The position numbers and the translations under genes are program-made. Positions 34,976-49,216 of a DNA stretch of 64,000 nt are shown here, piece after piece; position 1 is the stretch's first letter; the number at the start of each line of letters is the position of its first letter. The notes under the pieces were generated by a model, which saw only the letters and a program-made list of their open reading frames with translations, was not told the origin of the DNA and made no database searches. Origin of the DNA: Paraspadella gotoi (Eukaryota; Animalia; Chaetognatha); the NCBI GenBank assembly GCA_051294375.1, contig CM119263.1, positions 7,984,635 to 8,048,634 on the forward strand, read 5' to 3'.

Positions 34976-37083
34976 TGTTTAGGAAGAGGCCTTCATTTTC
35001 TGATTCCATGAAAATCCCGGAAATCCAGAGATAGCCGTCGTTGCCGTTGTCGTCTCGTTCGTCGTCGTCATCGTCGTCGTCGGTCCCCCTCGGAACGAAT
35101 CCCTCTCCACCCAGGATGGGCGCCATGACAACGACCTGTTGTCGCTTGGACTTCGTCGTCGTCGTCGTCGTCGCCTTCGTCGTCGTTTTCGTCGTCGATG
35201 TTAGTCTGTTTTATCGTTTTTGTCGTTGTCACCCAAGTTGTCATTATCGTCGTGAGCTTCGTCGTTGTCGTCGACTTCCTGGGCGTCGTCCTTCAATTCC
35301 TTATCGTCGCTTTGTCGTTTATTTGTCGTCTTTATAGTCGTTGTCGTCGTCGTCGTCGTCGTTTAGACGACGCTCGACCACAAGGGACGAAAAAAAAAAA
35401 AAAAAAAAACAACCTGGAGCTTCTCTTTTTCCACGACTTTTCCCTTCCGAGACATCATGACATCTTGACTTCTTGACATCATCAGACCGTCCATCAAAAA
35501 ATTTTCTGGCGCCGCCACATGACATCCTGATTTCTACCGTTCGTCAACACGTAATGACACCATGACATCATGACAGCGAGCGCTCTTAGGATCTAAAGGC
35601 CTCAAATGAGCCTCTAGATTTCGTGACGAGAACGAAGAAACGAGGATGAGGAAATCTGAGTTCAATTTACTCTTTCATTTAACATCAAATCTGTTGCGCT
35701 TCAACTTCATACTTTTTTAAAATGCTCAGCGTTGCTGTTGCTGTAGTTTTAAGTGTTAATTAGTCCATGGATGATCTCCAGGAGAAGGCTTAGCTGAGCT
35801 CCTGTGCAAATCCGCGCTGCTGTTGAGGTGCGTCTGATGAGGCTCATAGTAACTGGCGTCATTTGACATTTGGGTCTTTTCTTTAGATTTTTTAATCTCC
35901 TGGAATGAAGTACCGGTGTTTCGGGTCATCCTGTAGAGGTCAATGGGAAACATACTTTTTTTTATATGTTTACAAATTAAAACGGCTCAGGATACAAAAC
36001 CTTTTTTTTTTTGCACCCGGAGTTTACGGGTTCGCGCCACGTGTAAACATTTCTAAAATCATAAGATTTCTATCTACAACAAAATTCGTCATTAGCAAAC
36101 TCAAAGTCCAGTCAAATTTATAGTACATTCTATCTAATCACAATATACACTGTATATTATACAGTTCAGAACTTCAGATAAGTAATTAAAACTACTTTTG
36201 TCTTTTTTCCAAGAGATACTTTAAATTAAAACTAATTATGGAGACAGTGCAAAGCATAAACGCGATCTTTAACAAAAAAGAAAATTGTTTTGACGAAAAA
36301 CGAACAAACGAAGTAACCAACAAAAAAATAGGAAACTTTTCGTCGAAAGATTCCGCCCGGGATTTAATCAAAAGAGAATAACGATCAAAACTTTGTCGAG
36401 CCATCATGATTTTCGTTCTTCTCAAGGTCATTACAACTTATCTTTCAAGTTTAAGCTCACAACTACAAAGAACGACTAAAATACAACAATTTAAAATCAT
36501 CATAAAATTAAATTAAATCGAATAAGCTCATAAAAAATTTAAAAAAATAAAAATTTTTAAAAAATTATATTTTAAGGTCGCTAGACGCGACTTTCGAAAG
36601 AGAAAAAGAAGGAAAAGAAAAAAAAGGCTAAATTTATCAGCGATTGAAAGGGACGAGTCGGTGATCCGTGAGAAAAGTCGAGACAACTCCCAGCCAATCG
36701 GCAATCAGAGCCAAAAAGGTTGAAAAAATAAGGGAGCAGAGGTCCGAGCGTCCGGGGTGGTTTAGCCTTGCAAGGTCGTTTACTTTTTTTTTCGTGAGGC
36801 TCAATGGCTATTTAGTTGGCGGACGAAGGATTTACCGAATCTATGCATTTACATATGTTGCGTTACATCTTCGTTACGAAGGGAAAATACAACGCCCGAA
36901 ATAAAAGTAGCTTTCTATTAAGCCTTAGGTGCGAGTTGGTCTTTGGGAAAAGTATAACATAAAACCGGAGGGGGGGGGGATGAGTGATTTCTGAACGAAT
37001 TGAGTAAACACGCATCTTAACATTGAAAGAAACACTTGTAGATTCATTCCCGTTTTTCTAAAAGTCTTTTTCATCAAATGTAT

Positions 37084-37307
37084 TGTGGAAGCATGACTTA
37101 AAGCTGCCTCACCGCTGTCCGTTTTCAACCTCGACTCCTTGGCTGAGCAGGCTAGATCATCTCCACCGTGCCTCCCGGGTTCAATCCATTGGTATTCCGC
37201 TTCTGGCTAAAATGTGACGGAGTCGGTCAAAACATGCCAGTGACAGAAGGCGGTCGCTGAGGGTGACCCGCGCCCCGGGTATCACAGGCAATCTTCCCGT
37301 TGCCATA
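37084..37307 (+). mobile_element. 224-bp copy 2 of the Pol III-box element (internal deletion)
   Basis: TGTGGAAGC...GTTGCCATA with a perfect TSD GTAT (37080-37083 and 37308-37311). A box TGGCTGAGCAGG at 37140-37151; B box GTTCAATCC at 37179-37187. Confidence 0.9.
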
Positions 37308-38841
37308 GTATCTCATTAATCGAATCTATTTCCAATCTCTTCTTCTCGGCAACAATTTTTTGTTTGTTTCTTTTTTTTTTCTTCGCAAAGTTTCTCGGCT
37401 CATCTTATTTTTTCCTCCTTCTCTTCCTCCTCCCTCTCCTCCTCTTCCTCCTCCTTCCTCTTTCCTCCTTTTTCTCCTTCCGGCGCGCGACGAAGATATT
37501 TCCCGTGTCTCACTTTTTTTTTCTTCAGAAAATGAAAAAAAAAAGGTCAACGTCAATTTATGGATCTCTGGGGTCAATCTCTGGGATCAGAACTTTTTCC
37601 GATGCACGAATTTATCTCGATTTCGGACGATGAATCCACGTGTTCGGTTTTTTTTTTTTTTTTTTTTGCGTTAATTTATTTTTTAATGAAACGGACCTTG
37701 GCACGACACACGCAGTTTACTACTCTCCATTCCATTTTACGTTTTTGATAAACATCAATTGATGCGTAATGTTTTTTGTTCTTTTTTCGACGACTATGTA
37801 AAAAGTTTTACCAACTTTATCACGCGCTCCTTTTATTTATGACGACGGGATGATCCTTACATTTTTTTTCTGGACTCGCTACATTTCCATCACAGAGTTT
37901 TCATAACAATACAGGTTAGTTTGTCAAATAAGAAAACAAAAATTAATAAAAAAGTTTTGGCTCTCAATCGGCTATGTTTTCATCTCAAATTAAAAAAGCT
38001 TCTTTCAAATTTTTAGGTTAATTTATTTTTATTTATGCGATTTTTTGCTAATAAATGTTTAAAGTTTAAACCGACGCGTTCTCAGAAACCATGACTCTTC
38101 AAACAACGACGAAAGTGATACAACAAATATAAAAATTGTTAATTTAATAAATAAGCTATCGTCCCTCTGACTTTTGACAGGTTTTGCTGGTTTAGGGCTT
38201 CCATCTCTTACAACATATTATAGTATCAAAGGGTATAAAATTTCAAAATATGTTTCTATTGGCAGTATTGCATTAAACTGAAAAGGAAGGCTCGATATGA
38301 AGCTCATTAAAACTCGAGCTTCCAAGACTCAAAATCAAAAAGAATTCTCATCCGATTAAAATATTTTTTCCCTGTTCGTTATTTCCATTTGACCTTCGAC
38401 TTTTTTTTTCATTTTTTCTTGGAAACAAAAAAAAAAGTCGCCATAGTTTCAAGATGTCAATAAAGTTGTCTCGAACGTCGTCTTTATCGTCATTCTTGAC
38501 GTTGCTCGATCGATAACGTCAATAATCAGTCAGTCTCGTCTGTCTGACTGTGATCATCCATTAGCCGTTGCTTTACGTTTGGTCCAATCGAGATTGTTCT
38601 TTTTTTTTTCTTTCATGTATTCGGCTCTTTTTTTTATCAATCTTTGACGATCTTTGAATCAAGTTTGATATTTGAATAGAGCTTGATCAATTGTCGATTT
38701 TAAGATTTCCTTCTTCGGGTAATACGACAATAAAATATCCGACAATTTTTTGTGAGACAGAGATATTAAATCACCCATAGAAAGACAGACAAAGACTTTA
38801 ATATCTCGGTCTCCGTATTCAAACCGAATTATCGATTATCG

Positions 38842-38901
<60 letters not shown>

Positions 38902-40077
38902 TATCGATATTTTATTGTCGTATAATCCGAAGAAAGAAATCTTGAAATCGATTGAAATTGAAATTGAACATTGAAAGATTTTGTGACCTCGCGTTCGGTC
39001 GTTTTCCTTTATATCTCTCCTTTTCACATACAATCACACATATACACACCAATGCACGCACGTTCTTACGTATTCTCCCAAGTTCACGCGCTCGTGAATG
39101 CGCATAAAAGAAAAATTTTAAAAAAAGAGGAAAGGTATGGAACGGCAAAGGACTAACCGTCAATAAGAGATTTTAGTACTTTTTTTTCGTTGTTTTTTTT
39201 AATCCGAAAAGGCGGATTACTGAACGGCAACCGATGGAACGCTGAAAGGATTTACTGATCTGATTTTTGAAGTTGTTGGGGAAATGGGGGGGGGGTTACG
39301 GTAATGAGTGAGAGTCACTTGAGATACGAATGATTAAACGACAAAGTTGGGTGAGTGAATGTAAATAGTTTTATGATGGAGAGAGAGAAAGAGATAAATA
39401 TATATGAAAATTTGCAAATTACTTGTTTCACTATTTTTCATTTTTCTATTTTAATATTTTAATATTTTTATGAAGGATTTAGTATTTAATCTATATTATT
39501 TATTCAAACATATATTGCTTTCTTTTTTAAAAATGTTTTATTTATCTAATAATACAATTTGGGAAGGGGAAGTCAGTGTTGTCTTCTGGAAATAGAGGGA
39601 GCATCTATACAACACAAGGTTAGATTACTATCTGTCCTAGTTTTCTAATAGATATCACACATCATTTCTGTTAGAAAGTCATTAATGAAAAATCATAATA
39701 TCTAAGAGGCTGAACAGAAAGGGGTGGGAATGGATAATTTTTTGAGGGACCAACGTTATATATGATTTTTTTACCAATAGGGATAAGACTACCATGTAGA
39801 ATTGTATGTTCTGATAGGGATACATACTGGGGAAAGGTCTATAGGGGCACCTTTATGTCATGAATATAATTTTAAAATACTTTAATGAAAATTTTATTTT
39901 TTCTTTATCCTATTTTTTAATTATTTCTTTTTTGAATATTTTTTATCTTTTATGTTTATACAATGGGAAGGTCATCAGTTGGGAACCTATATACTTTATT
40001 TTAACGAACTTTTTCAGGAAGCGACGCAGTCATATTCCACGTATATACTATGTTTCCAGTATTTTTTTGACAGAATT

Positions 40078-40108
<31 letters not shown>

Positions 40109-41241
40109 GTAGAGACGTCAAACGAAATGATTTGGAAGAAAGAGTGTCATTCTTCGTCACGAGAAAATGACGTGAATATAAAGAATTAAATAAAAAAAAA
40201 AGAAAAAAAAACGGTGAAAGAGCTTTCTCTTTGTGAAAAAAATTAATTTGAAACAAAAACCAATCGAATAGAAAAGATTTCATAATAGAAGGCGAAATAA
40301 GAAAGAACGTGTGAGGATGAGAGTCGGAAAAAATGAAGGAATCTGTTAACCGATGTAGAAAATGAAAATCACAAAGTAAAAAGGCAAAGAAGGAAAATAT
40401 GGCTCTGGAAGAAGACGGGGGAACAAGTTATCTGAGGGAAAATCGAAGTTTTAATAGAAATGTAGGCATTAAACTTGATCAAAAAAAAAAGGTTAGTTGG
40501 ATATTCAAGAATAAATTTCAAAGTTTGCCACCAATTAAACGAAACGTAACGAACCGAAGAAAAATATTTTTTTCTATTTCTTTTTTTTTCTCTCTTTCGA
40601 ACGCCAATGAGTCAGAAGACGATCGAATAAGAAGAATAAGAAACAATGATATCTTTGTTTACTGGATTAAAAATGGAATTGTTATTTTCGGTCACTCAGT
40701 CAAAAACGTTGTTTTTAAAAAAAAATTAAACCGGTCTTAAAAAATAGTTGATTATTTGATGAAGTTTTTTAAAACTTTTTTATGGTGGAGATAACCTAAT
40801 TTCTTTGCCTTTTTGCTCAACTGTTTTAGAATTTTATGATGTAACTCAACGGAGAAAGCGAGAAAATGGAATAATAAATTTTTTCACGCAAAATTTTACC
40901 TACTTCACACCACCCTCATTATTTAGTAAGCTATGTACTTCGATCTGATAGTTTTAAATGGGGGTAATCAATATGTTACAAATATTGGTATCGAAATATC
41001 CGCAAATTAATAAAGGCTTGATCGTCACAACTATTCATTTGGTAACCGCTTTCTGTCGTAGTAGAGTTGCGGCGCTGCAAAAAGCTGTTGGTAATTTTTT
41101 GTCGCCAAACCTTGTTTTTTTTATATTTACTTAGTTTTCATCACCAACAACGTTATTTGACTATAAAGTATAAAGATTATATCGTTATAGTAAATTGAAA
41201 AGCCCATTATTTTTTTCCCTTCCTATTAAATTTGACGGCAG

Positions 41242-44200
41242 ACATGAATCAGTATTGCCCGAACGGCACGGACGCGCTTCTGGTGGAGTGGCCCCTGACG
41301 CCACGGCTGCAAGCGGCCGCCGTCTCCTGCGCCGTTGTCAAACGCAAGATGGAGACGCATCCGACGGCCACGTTCAAGCGGATCCTCGAATTCATAGACG
41401 TCGACGGTGAGAACTGTTGACGGGCTAACAGATGATTGGGGAACTGTTGAAAATCTCGACGAATGGTACATTGGGGTAACCTGACTTGCAAGCAAAAGGC
41501 TTGCTTTAGCTGGGGAACGAATGTCTTCGGTCGCAGGATTAGAAAAAAAGAAACCGTAACTGATTCGAGGGGTAAATTACGACGTCTTGCCTTCTCCATC
41601 TCTATCTTTTAATTCTCTCCTTTCTATTTTTTTTTCTTTTCTTTCTTTTTTTTTCGTCTCTTCTAATAAAATAAATCTACTCTACTTTTTTGCAATTCAT
41701 GGCCTTAAATAAAGGTTCCGCTAATTGAATTGAATGTTTCTTTCAAATATAAAATCAGATGAGCTTTAGATAATAAAATTGTAATAGATATGACTCGAAT
41801 AAATATTTGCAAAAGTTAAGACCCATTTACCAAAGAAACCATTACTTACATTTTAAGCCTTAACCTTAGATTATGGCGTCGTTTTATTTATTTATCTATT
41901 TATTGCTTTTTTAATCGACACTGGCTCAATTTACGATTCCTCCACTAACTTCCTTTTCTTCGTCCCCGAAACCATTACCGCTTCATGCAAATTTTTCTCA
42001 TTGTCTCCGTCTCACTCTTTGTTTGTTGTTTTGAGCCTCATTTCCTACGAGGAGATCTTTTTTCTCCTCGTTGATCTTTCTTCCTTAGATCAAAAACCAA
42101 ATTCTCTCTTTTCTTTTTTTGATCCAACTCTCCTTTCATTTTTGGATTAATTTCTCTTTTCTTTTTTATATTTAACTCTCTTTTCTTTTTTCAACAAACT
42201 CTTTTTTCTTTTTTGATCAAAATCTCTTTTCTTTTTTTTATGAAAGTTTATTTTCTTTTTTGAATAAAATTCTGTTGTCTTTTTTTGATCAAACTTTATT
42301 TCCTTTTTTTAACAATTTTTTTATTTTATTTTTATGAATTTCTCTTTTTTTTATCAAACTCTCTTTTCTTTTCTTTTTTCTTTTTATGATCCAACTCTTT
42401 ATTTTTATTACATTTTTTTGTTTTGTTCAAACTATCTTTTCTTCTATTATCAAACTCCCTCTTTTTGGATCAAAACCTATTTTTATTTTCTTTATATGAC
42501 AAAACTCTCTTTTCTATTTCACTTTCTTCTTCTTTATTCAAACTCTCTTTTCTTTTTCTTTTCAACGTTATTTCTTTCTGGATCAGAGTTTCCTCGTCTT
42601 ATCTTGCATTTTATAACCGCTTCATTCCCATCATATCCAAACGATATCGCCAGATTTCTTTCAAGATCCAATCAGACTTCTTTCGCCTTTTTCCTTTTTC
42701 CCTTTTAATTTCACCTCTGACTTTGTCCCTCCATTCATTTTTCGCTCTTGCGTTTCTTTTCATATTATTGGTTCTTTCTTTTTTCTCATATCAACATCGC
42801 TTTTCCTTCGCGTTTCGATGGCTCATTTATTCCTCCCAGTCTATTTTTAGCTTCTTTTCCTCGTCTAGCAATATTCCTTGCCTGAGAACATTCGATTAAT
42901 TATCTCCCGAGTATCAGTTTAATTCCCCTTTTTTTACGTTTTACTCGATTCTGATTGTGATGCTACGACTCACTCTGTTTGATTGTTATCATTTCAAAGA
43001 AATGAATTTTTTTTTTCTCCGATACTTGCGGCAACTTCGAATGAGAAAATTAATCTCGTCTTTTCACTTTCCAATGGTTTCCAAAATCAACTTTCTACTG
43101 CTCAATTCTTGGAATCATTTCATCACCTGATGGGAAATTCCTATTTGTCATTGTCATTGTTACTGTAATTTTCATTTTCACTGTCACTATTCCTGCTGCT
43201 TTTTTCAATCATATTCTTTGTTAATATTTTTTTCTTACATTATAATCTTCCTTTATAACCAAATATCGTTGGGATTTAATCTAATTTAATCCCTTCAGAT
43301 AATCCAATCAAGTAAAATATAATAGAGAATTGCCATCGTTTGCCGATCGAAAATTGCTACGGCGCCAATTCCATATTGTGTGAATGAGAGCGATCGGAAA
43401 TCCCCATTAACCGAGAAAATGGAAGAGGAAGAAGGAAACAAAAGGGAAAGACTCATGAATTTGTGAGAAGGATTTTTGGTGAAAGTCATCGATGAATGAG
43501 GAGGAGGAGGAGGAGGAGGAGGAAGAAACTGAAGGGGCACATTTGGCGCGAAGACGAATCCATCTTTCTATTCATTTCATTTCTTCGTCTCTCCTCAGAC
43601 CCTGGAATTCCTTAGTACCTTTTCCTCAATATTTTTCTAGCTTAATGCACAATTATTTACATATAATTTGTACATAAATATTTATTTATTCCCTTTCTTT
43701 TTCGTTGATTCGTCCATTTCACTCTCTTTTCTCTTGTATCGCCATTTTGTAAAATTAATAACGCTCAGCGATCTTTTACTTCCACAGTCAACGTGACACG
43801 CGAATGCGACGTCAATGGTTCCTGGTTCAAAGCCAATTACTCTCGATGCACAGATTACTCAAACGTAAGAGAATCTTTATGTATACTTACTCTTTTTTTT
43901 TCTTTTTGCCCCTTTTGTGACGTGGGTTTTGTTAGGATTCCAAGTTTTTTTTTTTGTGACGACGCCCTATCGTTTCATGTTATTAGTGTCTATCTGATGT
44001 TTATCTTATGTTTATCTGATGTTTTTATCTGATGTTTTATTTTTATTCATTGTTTTTTTTTTGTTTAAATTATTTTACAGTCACATTTGCTTTGTGATAA
44101 CCCCTTACGATTTTAATGATTTTCTATTTTTTTTTGTGATGACCCCTTAATTCCAGCGGGATTTCTACTCGAGAAATTACAGCGCGGCTGAGGTGATCTA

Positions 44201-44281
44201 CTTGACGGGCAACAGCGTCTCTCTTGCCGCTTGCCTTGTCGCCCTCTTTATTTTTCTTTACTTCAAGTGAGATGAGAGAGA

Positions 44282-44348
<67 letters not shown>

Positions 44349-44943
44349 GGAGGGGAAATAAAAGATTGTACAATTTCAGGCCTTAAGTGAATCACTAAAG
44401 TGATTTACAATAAAGTGATTTACAATAAATAAAAACGGAAAGAAAATCACGTATTTTTTACGAGTTTACCATCGACTAATGATGAGCAAATGTTCGTCGT
44501 CTCTGGCTGAAGTTTCCATGAAGAATAATGGAACCTTGTAATGCACCTTTAAACATCATAAAAAAAAAGGAGAGACACTATATCCTTCTCCATAAACAAA
44601 ACATTAAGGCGACTAAGCAATCTCATTTTCTCTTGTTTATACCTCCCACTCAGGAGTTTGCGATGTTTGCGCAACCGAATTCACTCCAACTTAATCATCA
44701 CGTTCATCCTGAAAAACATCTGCTTCTTTCTTCTCTTCGCCATTGGTTCGTTCATGAATAATGAGTTTATGCGGGGATTTATATTGGATAGAGACGTTTA
44801 ATGTTGCGTCCCGTCAAATTAGTCGTTCAGTATTAGTGGAATGAGCTGATTTCACATCTTTGTATCTGATAGCCCTGGGTTACAGGCCGGTTAAACCACC
44901 GGTAGCAAGCCTCCTAAGATACGGCATCCAAGGCAACTGGCAA

Positions 44944-44991
<48 letters not shown>

Positions 44992-45404
44992 TTGGGGCAG
45001 GCCTCACCGTCAGAGCTTTTTGGCAACCCCCTCTCCTCTCGGTCACTATTTTTTTTTATCTAACTTCAAGTCTTAATATATTTAAATTTATTGTTTTTTT
45101 TTATTATGTCAGGAGAAGTTTCATCGAAGGAAACGTCTTCCAGCGTCGCGGGAGTCTGTTGCAGGTTTGTTTGTTTGTTTTATCTTTTTGATTGTTTGTT
45201 TGTCGTCGTAGTTGTTGTTGTGGTCGCGAAAGACAAAATGCGCTGATGTTTTGAATTTTTCAAGTGCGCCGAGTCATCAATCATTTTTCCTTTGTTCCTG
45301 AAAGTCAGTTCGATTTCCATGGAGAGTGAATTTTTAAAAAAAGGAACAACGAAAGGTTATCAACGAAGTTTGACGAGAAAATGATGAAAGTGACGATGAT
45401 GTGA

Positions 45405-45483
<79 letters not shown>

Positions 45484-46431
45484 CGATGATGACTTTTTTT
45501 GAAAGTTAAAAAAAAGTGTCGTCGTTGTTTTCGTTTTCTGTGTTTTGACCTCGCGCGATCCAAAAATTGTATATGTATAATTGTATATATATGTAATATT
45601 TATAACTCGTGCAATGATTTTTGAGTTCACTCGTAATAATGACGTCTTTTTTTTCTTCTCCTCAGCGTGTTCATTTCCTTTTATCACTACATCCGGATGA
45701 CCAACTTCGGGTGGATGTTCGTCGAGGGACTCTATCTCTATCTCGTCGTCGTCTGGACTTTCACGGGATCCAGGATTAAGAGATTCTGGTTCTTCGTCCT
45801 CATCGGATGGTGTAAGACAATGAATCATGTAAACAAACTAAATAACTGGGAGGAAAAAAAAAAAGAAGGAGCGCTTGGGCGAAGAGAAAGGAGGGAATGT
45901 GTTCGCTGAGGCGGAGCTCTCCTGTCGTTGAGTCGGAAAATCGTTGTTACCGGAGAAAACTCGTAAAAACGGCGAGGAGACTGACGAAAGAGTTACACGT
46001 GCGGAGAATTGAATCGTCGTCGTTGTCGTCGTTGTCGTTCCAGTTGTACCTTGCAAGACGATGATGAATTTTCGGACGAAATTTGTACAAACTATGTAAA
46101 AACTAGCCATTCATAATAAAGCTACATAGTCATAAACTAGGAACTTGCCGTCTGGCTTCGGACCGACTATATTCGGTTAAGGCCTCAGTCCCTCTTACAC
46201 GATGATAACGTAGCAAGAAGCTTCGAATCCCCATTGTCACAAGAAATGATTTAAGTGGCATTAAATAATAAAATAAAGTGAAGGAAACCTCACGATTTTG
46301 CTCACTGCCCCCCCCCCGCTCTCCTTATCTCCATGAGCCGAAGAATTCACGTGAAACCGACGTGATCCGTTTTTTTTTCGTCTCAAGAAGAAGGAAGATT
46401 AAAAAAGGAGGAATAGCAGGAGACAGAACAC

Positions 46432-46507
<76 letters not shown>

Positions 46508-47969
46508 CTACGCATCTGTTATAACATTTTCTGGTCAGTTCATAGTCATCATCCATTTCTCATTCTCTTTTCTTCAACTTAAGTTTTCATACATCAGTTA
46601 TTACATAATAGTTCACATGTAGTGCATTATTATTTGTCTCCCCATCTCTCGCTCTTTTCAAAGGTTTCCCCATTATTCCCATGACGGCTTGGGTGATGGC
46701 GCGGGCTCTGAACGGCATCCATCTTTGCTCATTTCCCGACTTAAAACTCGGCAACCAATCGGGTGAGTTCAAGACGGATGCCTCCAGTTGAGCGTCACTA
46801 ATAGGACACACCAAAGTGACATCTCGTTGGCGAAAGAAGAAAGAATTTTCTTTTCACTCTTTTGAGTTATTTTTTTTTGTTCAGGAGAAATAAATCAAGA
46901 GATGAACGAATTCCATTCTGTTTACGACTATATATACATTACTCCGCTGTTATTGTCACTTTTGGTAAGCAATTTGACGATTGAAAGATTGTTTGACATC
47001 AATTTTAGTTAAACCGTTGATGTATTTATTTGTATTTTTTCAGATAAATCTCATATTTTTGTTGTCGATTCTCTGGATTTTGTTGACGAAATTGCGATCA
47101 TCAAATACAGTCGAAACTCGTCAGTACAGGTAATTTTCAATTTCAAAAAATGAATAAATTTATAAAGAAATTGAACAACGAAAGACTTTAAATATGAACG
47201 CAAAAGTTTTCTTGAATGTCCTATAACGAAAAGAGTATATCGACACTGAAAAGGGCGGAAGTGCTCTCGTTCAGGTTCGATCCGCTTCATCGCCGAATCT
47301 CCCTCTTCAACGTCATTTATAATTACGATGCGAGTCTCCACTTAGCGAATTTCCAGTCCTTGATTAACTAAATTATTGCTAGCGACGATTTTGAACGAAG
47401 TTGACATTTTTTTCCCACCACTTGAATTTGAACACTTTTTATTATCCCCACTCGCCACTTCCCTACCTCCCCCCCCGAATTTCCCGCGCGCAACAGGAAA
47501 GCCTTCAAAGGAATGTTTTTCATCATTCATCTCTTCGGCCTCACCTTTATCCTCTTCCTCACCCATTCGTCGGACGACCCCAGAGTCAAAACCGCCTTCG
47601 ACGTTACTAACGCCATCTTGGAATCCTTTCAAGTACTAGTATACACTTTCGCACGCCCGCAAATCGCAAACAAAATATAAAAAAAAATAAATAAAAACAA
47701 AGTTTTATCGCTGTTTCACTCGAATGAAGCCTCAAAACGACAGAGAAAGTTCAAATTAAAAAAAAAAAGGAATCTAAAATACGATTGGAAAGTATTAAAA
47801 ATTGTTTCCTTTTTTCTTTTTTTTTCTTCCAATTTCTGAGTTTTGAAAATCCTGAATTAGTTTTTTCGTTCAAACAGGTTTTTATCCTTTGATCTTTTCT
47901 TCATCTTTTTCTTTTTTCTTTTAGGGTCTCTGCGTTTCGTTTTTTTTCTGCTTCGCTAATAAAGAGGTA

Positions 47970-48014
<45 letters not shown>

Positions 48015-48556
48015 TCTCTCTCTCTCTCTCTCTTTCTCTCTCTGACAATTCTTAGTTTCAATGTCTTCTCCAGGTGAGATCGGCCATTTGTCGAAGAGTC
48101 AATCACTGGCGCCAATCAAAAGCAATCAGCGGCAGAAGAAGAGATTCCAGGCGAAACACTCAGGTTCGTTGATTCAGATTCAATTACTTTAAACTTTAAA
48201 GACAATTATATCATCGCATTGTACTATATTATTATTGTATTTTTGTCATGTTGAATAAGGAATATCCAAACTGTTCATTTGTTTAGACAGCGATGTCACT
48301 CCGTCTGTCGCGAGCAGATGACTCCTCATCCGGGACCCAGGCATTCTATCTTCGTTTTTATTCCAACAAAGTAACAACACTTTTTCTTAATAAATTTATA
48401 TCCTGATTGACCGATTGTTTATAACTTTTTTGACCATTCGTTATTTCTTTATCTAAATAAATCAATAAATTAATTAATTATTTTTTTATTTATTTATTTA
48501 TCTTTTTTTCTTTTTTTCTTTCTTTCTTTCTTTCTTTCTTNNNNNNNNNNNNNNNN

Positions 48557-48588
<32 letters not shown>

Positions 48589-49216
48589 TCAATTTTGCAA
48601 CCGTCCATTACTAACCCCGATATTTTTTTATTGATTGCAATCATAAACTAAGTCACATGATTTAAAACACTACATATAGTCACATATAATATATAGTAGT
48701 AGTATTTCCGTTGTATTTTCTTCAGCACCGAAATTCTCGGAAGGCGTCGGACGGTTCCGTCGACTCGATGCCGATCGGAGCGACGAGACATTCCAGCGTG
48801 TGAGTCTAAAGGCATTTAAATCTCTGATATTTTAAAACTGGTTTAATTTAATGTAACATTATTAAACTTTTAAATTAAACAACTCAAAAAGTTAATTCAA
48901 ATTCCTCGAACTCTTTGTATAATTAAAAAATCATTAGTATAAAAGTAAAGATAAAGATGTGAAAGTAAAGATAAACCTCTATCGTTAACTCTCCCCTTCC
49001 CCCCCTCATAAATTCAGATGCTCCAAAGACGTGGATTCTCGTCGCGTCTCACGCAGCTCGTCGAACGGAAACGATCGACGCTCGGCCTCCGCGCGCAATG
49101 CCGCCGTCAACGCCGCCGTCAGCGCCGTCTCCACAGTGCGCGAGGAGACCGAGAGCTTGACCGACAACTGTGTCGACGAATCCGCGCCCGACCGCCCGGG
49201 CGCACCTAGAGCCTGA
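41242..49216 (+). CDS. Class B (secretin-family) GPCR, DH44/CRF-receptor-like; 5' exons not resolved
   Basis: Exons 41242-41406, 43788-43864, 44157-44266, ~44654-44745, ~45113-45163, ~45666-45811, ~46663-46761, ~46885-46963, ~47044-47129, 47497-~47632, ~47925-47966, ~48074-48163, ~48287-48340/48370, ~48726-48799 and 49018-49216. They give RECDVNGSW..NYSRC, YFKSLRCLRNRIHSNL, TNFGWMFVEGLYLY, TKLRSSNTVETRQYRKA and ESFQGLCVSFFFCFANKEV. Confidence 0.9.
45407..45492. repeat. (GAT)n microsatellite; others at 53179-53237 (GAT)n, 38842-38901 (ATT)n and 44948-44989 (TA)n
   Basis: Read directly from the sequence. Confidence 0.97.

Noticed and set aside
35116-35199. Signal-peptide exon of the GPCR (MGAMTTTCCRLDFVVVVVVAFVVVFVVD)
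   Set aside because: The hydrophobicity comes from a (GTC)n microsatellite, and I could not build a phase-consistent path to the exon at 41242.
35756-35953. Orphan minus-strand ORF or terminal exon
   Set aside because: Short, with no recognisable motif and no partner exons found.
42060-42900. Phe/Leu/Ser-rich ORFs as membrane proteins
   Set aside because: This is T/C-rich low-complexity intron sequence of the GPCR with degenerate CAAACTCTCTTTT repeats.
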